Below, one piece after another: positions 59,001 through 64,000 of a DNA stretch of 64,000 nucleotides. This DNA is from Bacteroidota bacterium (GTDB lineage Bacteria > Bacteroidota > Ignavibacteria > UBA10030 > UBA8401): NCBI GenBank assembly GCA_035505655.1, contig DATJQP010000063.1, forward strand, positions 34,757-98,756, read 5' to 3'. Within the stretch, counting starts at the first letter, position 1. Each line of letters begins with the position of its first letter. The notes below the pieces were generated by a model. That model was not told the DNA's origin and made no database searches. It was given only the letters and a program-made list of their open reading frames with translations. The translations under genes and the position numbers were made by a program.

Positions 59001-59364
59001 TCGAACTCATGGCAAGCGTTCCGGAGACGTCGGGCGTCGGAAGTCCTGCCGTGCCGCCGCTGCCGACGGCCTCTCCGACGAGAAAGAAACCATGGGGCGC
59101 TATCGTACCGGTGAGATTGGTCACCAGCCACGAGCCTGTGCCCGTTGCCGAAGCGTACTGGACCGACCAGCCGCTCAGGCTCACCGTCGACGAAGTCGGG
59201 TTGTAGAGTTCGACAAAATCGTTTTTGTAGTACGCGCCGGAATTTCCCCCTCCGCCGTAGACTTCACTGATGACGACATGGTTCGCGGTTTGAGCGTGCA
59301 CAAGAGTGAGCAGAGAAACCGAGAGGATGATGCCGGCGGCAATCGACTCTAGAATTTTTCGCAT
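56053..59364 (-). CDS. T9SS-secreted multidomain protein: lamin-tail domain, OB-fold, FN3-like domain, PLD-superfamily domain with two HKD motifs, Por C-terminal domain (candidate extracellular nuclease)
   Basis: Signal peptide. The LTD reads HVVISEVYGGGGNSGAYYKNDFVELYNPT...GWSVQYASATG. The OB-fold-like block reads YQVGATVSVSGVVT...IFVQDATAGVCIY...ITVTGTITQFHGLLEV. The FN3-like block reads TSYTDSVNVGSDTAHSVLLKNLVPSTIYHYQV. The two HKD motifs are GLMHNKFYVFD...GSWNAT and GLLHHKYAIVD...GSHNWS. The C-terminus NYPNPFNPSTKLRFSI...GVYFARMESG...KLMLLK is Por_Secre_tail. Confidence 0.75.
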   Translation of the reverse strand: MRKILESIAAGIILSVSLLTLVHAQTANHVVISEVYGGGGNSGAYYKNDFVELYNPTSSTVSLSGWSVQYASATGTGSWLVTNLTGTIAPHGFFLVGEAVGSGGTAGLPTPDVSGTLAMSSTAGKIALVNSTTALSGANPTGSSVIDRVGYGTANGYEGSGPTPAPSNSTSVERKANSSSTALTLAAGGSDEFAGNGYDSDNNSSDFVVRTSPQPQNSASPVEPSLTVGGNGTGSAAIAPTFIQAGTTGSFTIEVAGDGVNTLDSLVIVVPDGLTWSQSAASVTVGGGAAAGHVTVVGDTIQVGHASVTDSDTGIIVIASVTAPDSALTCQFNVLSALNGGVPVRISSNLNVAVIKVIPIIDLHVNDSLGVQAAPYQVGATVSVSGVVTGDFSASYTNIFVQDATAGVCIYRPFRSYNYQVGDSITVTGTITQFHGLLEVSLDSTKYFLHSSGNPLPAPFLLTAHDVNETFNTDVYTEPDEGRLVRINNVTYAGTPGTAGPITDATGTTSCYLPSTWTPPTGTFDLIGILKQFKQTAAAPYTADYEVDPRTPADIIVHPGPVYKGIPYETGITPTSVTIVAPTVTASTETVRYGTTTSYTDSVNVGSDTAHSVLLKNLVPSTIYHYQVVASDNSGSDATGDAIFISGSTSSDSLRIYFNKTVNFSVALAESAKTTDLSKVLLYRIGQAQRSIDMCTYSFSGTVGANIAAALLAAHNRGVKIRVIGEHDNITTAPWGTLRSAGIVVIDDAYDAVDAGAGLMHNKFYVFDHRDTSATRIDWVVTGSWNATDPGTNNDAQNMVEIQDRSLAEAYTVEFNQMWGSSGDSPNQTASRFGYRKSDITPHRFVIGGIPVESYFSPSDKTTSKILTAVSSAKSSVNICMLTFTRDDLAQALIAEKGENEKVRVVLDNNTDTGNEFATLKNAGVDVLLKAASLNGLLHHKYAIVDADIPSESNIVITGSHNWSSSAETANDENTLILHSKRVANLYLQEFKQRYLDAGGTDNIAISVTEVPTVLPTTFALGQNYPNPFNPSTKLRFSIAAARPVTLRIYDILGREVATLVNGKLNPGTYTVEWNAGRYSSGVYFARMESGSFVATTKLMLLK

Positions 59365-59628
59365 AGGATGAATATCCTTCTTCTTCTGGATTGAACCTTA
59401 GGATCATGCAATCAATATATGAAAAGAGTCTTAGCAAACAACACACTGTGTCACAAAGGCACTCTTCATCGTCGATGCCCGCCGCATCCCAAAAAGCCGG
59501 CGAAACACCCAGTTCGTCGTTGACTTTTGAAGCTGTTTCAGTTATATTTTTAAACTTTTGATTGAACCGCTTCACCGCAGGTCATTTTCCCGAACAGGAA
59601 CAACGATCAGCCGCTCGGAGGATATTTC

Positions 59629-61506
59629 GTGAAACAATATCGTGGCAGAATCATCATCATCCTGCTGGCCATAGGGCTCGCCCTGTATTTTCTCTACCCA
59701 ACCTATGAGTCCTACAAGATCAACAAGCACCTCCAGACTCTCGCCGGAGCCGACAGCACGAACTACATCCTGACAAACGAAAAACACATCCGCGACGTCC
59801 GCGCCAAACGGATCAAGCTGGGCCTCGACCTTCAGGGAGGCATGCGGGTTGTGCTGGAGGTGAACGTCTTGAAGATGCTCGAGGAGCTTGCGAAGAACAA
59901 GGATGACCAGTTCAACTCAATCGCTGCGGAGATCGAGAAGGAAGCCCAGGTCAGCGAGGAGCCGGTCACCGACATCTTCAAACGGAGGTTCGACGAAAAA
60001 GGGATACGCCTCAGCCGCTATTATGGATCGCTGCGGGAATCGAACGACGAAATCATCAAGCGCCTTCAGGACGAATCCGAGAAGGCCGTCGATAGGGGCA
60101 TGGAGATCCTCCGGAACCGTGTCGACCAGTACGGAGTTTCCGAGCCATCGATTCAGAAAGAGGGAGCACGGAGGATCATCGTCGAGCTGCCTGGCGTTTC
60201 GAACGAGCAGGAAGTCACCACGCTGATCCAGGGGACCGCCCTTCTTGAATTCAAGCTCATGAAAGATCCCGACATCATCTACAAGACGATGGAGGCGATC
60301 GATAAATACCTCGCGTCGCAGGGATTCACCGACACATCCGCGTCGGCCAAGAAATCTGATACGACCACGCAGACGAACGCTCTTGCGGCGCTGACGCAGG
60401 ATTCGTCGAAGTCGGTGCTCCCGGGTGACAAAAGCCCCGAGCAGTTTGCTAAAGAACATCCCTTCTTCGCCCTCCTGCGGCCGAATCAAAAAGGAACCGG
60501 AGAGGGTTACGCCTCCGAGAACGACAGGCCGAGAATTGATCAGATCCTCAAGCGCCCGGACGTCCAGAAGCTGATCCCGAGCGATATGGAATTCCTCTGG
60601 ATGGCCAAGCCGAGCTTTGTCAGTGAGGGGTCGCGGTTCTTCGCGCTGATCGGCCTTGAGAAGAAAGCCGAGCTAACCGGAGGGGTCATCGTAGACGCAA
60701 GGGCGACCATCGACCCGAATTTCAACCAGCCCATCGTCACGATGAACATGAACAGCGAAGGTTCACGGGATTGGGCTCGTATCACCGGCGCGAACGTAAA
60801 CAAAAGGATGGCGATCGTCCTCGACAACGCCGTCTTCTCGGCTCCCGTCATCCGGGGTAAGATCACCGGCGGCCGGTCGCAGATCGAAGGGATGGAGAAC
60901 ATCGATGAGGCGCGCCTCCTGGAGATCGTCCTCAAAGCAGGCGCTCTTCCCGCCCCGGTCAATATCATTGAACAGCGGAGCGTCGGACCGTCACTGGGTG
61001 AAGACTCGATCCATGCCGGCATCAACTCGTTCACCTATGCGCTCATCCTCACCGTTCTCTTTATGCTTATGTACTACAGGACGGGTGGGATCGTTGCGTG
61101 CGTCGCGCTCTTCATCAACGTCTCGTTCATCTTCGCGACCCTCGCGGCGTTCGGCGGCACGCTGACGCTCCCGGGCATCGCGGGAATCGTCCTCACCATC
61201 GGTATGGCGGTCGATACGAACGTCCTGATCTACGAGCGTATCCGCGAAGAGCTGACGACCGGCAAGACGCTCAACGCAGCGATCAGCGCCGGTTACTCGA
61301 AGGCGTTCAGCGCAATCTTTGACTCGCACGTCACAACCTTCTTCAGCGGCGTCGTGCTCTTTCAGTTCGGAACGGGACCTGTCCAGGGCTTCGCTCTCAC
61401 GGTCATGATGGGAACCGCGGCGAACCTGTTCACCGGCATTGTGATCACCCGCGTGCTTTTCAACTTCATGACCACTCGTTCCACCTCAACCATTAACTTC
61501 GGCTAA
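59629..61506 (+). CDS. secD: Protein translocase subunit SecD
   Basis: LGLDLQGGMRVVLEV...; a periplasmic domain followed by a 6-TM C-terminal domain. Confidence 0.9.
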   Translation: MKQYRGRIIIILLAIGLALYFLYPTYESYKINKHLQTLAGADSTNYILTNEKHIRDVRAKRIKLGLDLQGGMRVVLEVNVLKMLEELAKNKDDQFNSIAAEIEKEAQVSEEPVTDIFKRRFDEKGIRLSRYYGSLRESNDEIIKRLQDESEKAVDRGMEILRNRVDQYGVSEPSIQKEGARRIIVELPGVSNEQEVTTLIQGTALLEFKLMKDPDIIYKTMEAIDKYLASQGFTDTSASAKKSDTTTQTNALAALTQDSSKSVLPGDKSPEQFAKEHPFFALLRPNQKGTGEGYASENDRPRIDQILKRPDVQKLIPSDMEFLWMAKPSFVSEGSRFFALIGLEKKAELTGGVIVDARATIDPNFNQPIVTMNMNSEGSRDWARITGANVNKRMAIVLDNAVFSAPVIRGKITGGRSQIEGMENIDEARLLEIVLKAGALPAPVNIIEQRSVGPSLGEDSIHAGINSFTYALILTVLFMLMYYRTGGIVACVALFINVSFIFATLAAFGGTLTLPGIAGIVLTIGMAVDTNVLIYERIREELTTGKTLNAAISAGYSKAFSAIFDSHVTTFFSGVVLFQFGTGPVQGFALTVMMGTAANLFTGIVITRVLFNFMTTRSTSTINFG

Positions 61507-61529
61507 GCTTAGGATTCGGAGAACCGTTC

Positions 61530-62453
61530 ATGCGATTATTCAAGAAAACGAACATCGATTTCATGGGCAAGCGGAAGATCTGGTATACCATTTCCGGTAT
61601 CACGCTCTTCGTCGGTCTGCTTGCCATCATCTTCAAGCCGGTGAACTACAGCATCGACTTCCTCGGCGGAACCGAGTTACTTGTCCGCTTTCAGACCGCA
61701 CCTCCGATCAACGAAGTCCGGGGGACCATGGATAAGATCGGCCTTCCCGGGAGCGAGATCAAGACGCTCGGCGATGCGAGGGATATCCTCCTCCGTACCT
61801 CTGCACAGGAGCAGGGCGCGGTGATCGCCGACAGGATCCGGGCTGGGCTCTCGGCGCAATTCGAAGGGAATAAGTTCGAGGTTCTGAGGGAGGAGAAAAT
61901 CGGGCCGAAAATCGGCGCCGAACTTCGTCGCAATGCCTACTACGCCGTCATCGCGACCCTCGTCATCATCCTCATCTACATCGGCTTCCGGTTCAAGTTC
62001 ATTTACGGCGTCGCCGCCGTCGTGGCCCTTTTCCACGACGTCCTCCTGACCCTCGGCCTGGTCATCCTCTTCAACGGGGTATCATCGCATCTCAACCTTG
62101 AGATATCGCAGAATCTCATGGCAGCGTTTCTGACCCTGATCGGCTACTCTACGAGCGACACGGTCATCGTCTTCGACCGTATCCGCGAGAACCTCAAGAT
62201 CTACAGAAGCGACGACCTCTTTACGGTCATGAACCGGTCGATCAACGAGACGTTAAGCCGCACCGTCATCACGAGCGGCACCGTGATGCTCGTCCTTAGC
62301 GTCCTCATTATCTTCGGCGGGGAGGTGAACCGCGGCTTCGCATTCACGTTCCTCATCGGCACGATCACCGGGACTTATTCTTCGATCTACGTCGCGAGTG
62401 CCATCGTTCTCGATTACACCAGATACAAGAATCTGAAAGCACACCAAGTCTAA
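61530..62453 (+). CDS. secF: Protein translocase subunit SecF
   Basis: FMGKRKIWYTISGITL...DFLGGTEL; SecF topology. Confidence 0.9.
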   Translation: MRLFKKTNIDFMGKRKIWYTISGITLFVGLLAIIFKPVNYSIDFLGGTELLVRFQTAPPINEVRGTMDKIGLPGSEIKTLGDARDILLRTSAQEQGAVIADRIRAGLSAQFEGNKFEVLREEKIGPKIGAELRRNAYYAVIATLVIILIYIGFRFKFIYGVAAVVALFHDVLLTLGLVILFNGVSSHLNLEISQNLMAAFLTLIGYSTSDTVIVFDRIRENLKIYRSDDLFTVMNRSINETLSRTVITSGTVMLVLSVLIIFGGEVNRGFAFTFLIGTITGTYSSIYVASAIVLDYTRYKNLKAHQV

Positions 62454-62494
62454 CCGAAAAGCGGGCGGGGCTCCGTCCCGCCGGGAGAAAGAAC

Positions 62495-62830
62495 ATGAAA
62501 TTCGGAGCGAAAGAGATTTCAGGAATCACGGTCATCACCCTCGAAGGAAACGTCCTCGGCGGCCCGGATGCGACGGAACTCAACAACACGCTTCACAAGC
62601 TTCTCGACGCCCGGAAGAAGAAGGTCGTCGTCGACCTCAAGGGCGTTTCCTCGATGAACAGTTCGGGACTTGGAATGCTGATCGGCGGGGTAACAACGAT
62701 GCGGAACGCCAAGGGGGATCTGAAGCTGGCCTGCGCGTCCGAGAAAATTATCAGACTCCTCGAAGTGACAAAGCTGCTTTCAGTCTTCGAGCACTACGAC
62801 TCGGTCAAAAAGGCGGTCGAAAGTTACTGA
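62495..62830 (+). CDS. STAS-domain anti-sigma-factor antagonist-like protein
   Basis: VVVDLKGVSSMNSSGLGMLIG is the SpoIIAA-like STAS core with a phosphorylatable Ser. Confidence 0.75.
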   Translation: MKFGAKEISGITVITLEGNVLGGPDATELNNTLHKLLDARKKKVVVDLKGVSSMNSSGLGMLIGGVTTMRNAKGDLKLACASEKIIRLLEVTKLLSVFEHYDSVKKAVESY

Positions 62831-62870
62831 CACTGGCGCAGCGTGCCGGGCTCATCCTCCCCTTCCAACC

Positions 62871-63548
62871 CTACCGGGAGAATCTTCGTTCGACGTCGGA
62901 GATCTTGTCCACCCGTTTCTTGTGTCTCCCTCCACCGAACCACGTTTCGAGCCAGACTCTCACGATCGACTTCTGCAATTCGCTTCCGAGCACTTTTGCC
63001 CCGAGCGTGAGCACGTTGGCGTCGTTGTGCTCGCGGCTGCTTGCCGCAACGACTTCATTGTAACACGCCGCCGCCCTGATCCCCGGCACTTTGTTGCAGA
63101 CAATTGCAGAGGCGACACCCGTCGCATCGATCATGATCCCCCGCCAGGCCTCCCCTTTCGCGACGATTCTGGCAACGGCATAGGCGAATTCCGGGTAGTC
63201 GCATGCCTCAGCCGAATTCGTGCCAACATCGAGAACCTCATACCCCAGCTCTCCCAGATACTTTTTCAATTCCTCCTTCGAGCCGTAGCCGCCGTGATCG
63301 CTTCCGACAACCACGAGTCTCCGTTCCACTTTCGTCTGACTCACCGGACCTGCGGGAGCTTCGCCTCCCTTGACCGCAGGCTGTGAAGCGGAGGTGTCGG
63401 CTTTTTCACTCGTGAAGACGATGTTCAGCTCGCGAGCCTTGTCGCGCGCGGAAGGTGTGATGACAGTGTTTCCATCGGCAAAGACGGTGACCTTCCCCGC
63501 TTTCGAAGCGTTGACGATGTCTCGTTCTGTAAGGACGGTTTTTGCCAT
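62871..63548 (-). CDS. rpiB: Ribose-5-phosphate isomerase B (RpiB/LacAB family) with a roughly 75-aa N-terminal extension
   Basis: RLVVVGSDHGGYGSKEELKKYL...IVCNKVPGIRAAACYNEVVAASSREHNDANVLTLGAK is the RpiB core. It is preceded by MAKTVLTERDIVNASKAGKVTVFADGNTVITPSARDKARELNIVF and an Ala/Pro/Ser linker. Confidence 0.75.
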   Translation of the reverse strand: MAKTVLTERDIVNASKAGKVTVFADGNTVITPSARDKARELNIVFTSEKADTSASQPAVKGGEAPAGPVSQTKVERRLVVVGSDHGGYGSKEELKKYLGELGYEVLDVGTNSAEACDYPEFAYAVARIVAKGEAWRGIMIDATGVASAIVCNKVPGIRAAACYNEVVAASSREHNDANVLTLGAKVLGSELQKSIVRVWLETWFGGGRHKKRVDKISDVERRFSR

Positions 63549-63572
63549 AGGATGTGGTCGGCGGCCGACAGG

Positions 63573-63983
63573 CTACCTGGAGTACTCCTCATCCCCCCAT
63601 TCGACCACCTCGAGCCGGACTCTTGCCGTCCCGGTTCCTTTCATGCCAAGCTGGGTCGCCGCGGCGAGGGAAAGGTCGATGATGCGATCGAGTTTGAACG
63701 GACCACGGTCGTTGATTCTCACGATCACCGACCGCTTGTTCTCGAGGTTCGTCACTTTCACTTTCGTGTTGAATGGAAACGACCGATGGGCGGCGGTGAA
63801 CTTGTACATATCGTACGTCTCCCCGTCCGCCGTTTTCTTGCCGTTGAAATCGTCCGCGTAGTAGGAGGCGATTCCCTCAAGGGTCTTCCCCGCTTTCGTC
63901 GCCGTGCTTCCTTCACGGGGCTTTGCCTCTCTCGTTTTCTCCCGGGTAAACCGGGGAGAGGAGGCACAGCCGGCCATCAGCAC
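63573..63983 (-). CDS. rlpA: RlpA-like lipoprotein (double-psi beta-barrel)
   Basis: Lipobox MLMAGCASS. GIASYYADDFNGKKTADGETYD...RINDRGPF matches the RlpA DPBB domain. Confidence 0.8.
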   Translation of the reverse strand: MLMAGCASSPRFTREKTREAKPREGSTATKAGKTLEGIASYYADDFNGKKTADGETYDMYKFTAAHRSFPFNTKVKVTNLENKRSVIVRINDRGPFKLDRIIDLSLAAATQLGMKGTGTARVRLEVVEWGDEEYSR

Positions 63984-64000
63984 GGCCGCCGCTACCCAGA

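Overview
This is a GC-rich bacterial chromosomal window that is coding over nearly its whole length, with a strong bias to G/C-ending codons. I found no rRNA, tRNA, CRISPR array, transposase or integrase. Two proteins end in canonical T9SS (Por) C-terminal sorting domains. A nuoJ-K-L-M gene set is followed by an nhaD-like antiporter gene and then nuoN, the order reported for Rhodothermus marinus complex I. Together these point to an FCB-group organism, possibly Rhodothermaeota-like; that assignment is inference. Positions 1-23,349 are a single minus-strand gene array, read 5'->3' from high to low coordinates. It begins with the nuoJKLM-nhaD-nuoN block, then nnr. A translationally coupled run of six genes follows: CNNM/hemolysin, MFS exporter, TPR/thioredoxin-like protein, M64 metallopeptidase, O-carbamoyltransferase, SxtJ-like protein and an unannotated 52-aa DUF5989 gene. 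After a terminator come a LacI regulator, a SurA-like PPIase, a TonB-dependent receptor and a partial secreted protein. The remainder holds a Moco operon interrupted by a PA0069-family radical SAM gene (DUF971-cdd-yjjX-moaD-moaE-rSAM-moaA), an envelope block (nusB-MFS-hyp-lpxH-mrcA facing waaF-lpxL), msrA/GH-like/AKR/SUI1, DUF885, ychF, dienelactone hydrolase, a Gly-rich OMP beta-barrel protein, YihY, TrmH, EamA, a 1103-aa T9SS-secreted LTD/OB/FN3/PLD-HKD candidate nuclease, secDF, a STAS protein, rpiB with an N-terminal extension, and rlpA. The most interesting candidates for undescribed biology are the carbamoyltransferase/SxtJ/DUF5989 cassette in its coupled MFS-peptidase operon, the orphan radical SAM gene inside the moa operon, and the multidomain secreted PLD-family protein. 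All protein-family calls rest on motif recognition in the translated ORFs. No database search was run.
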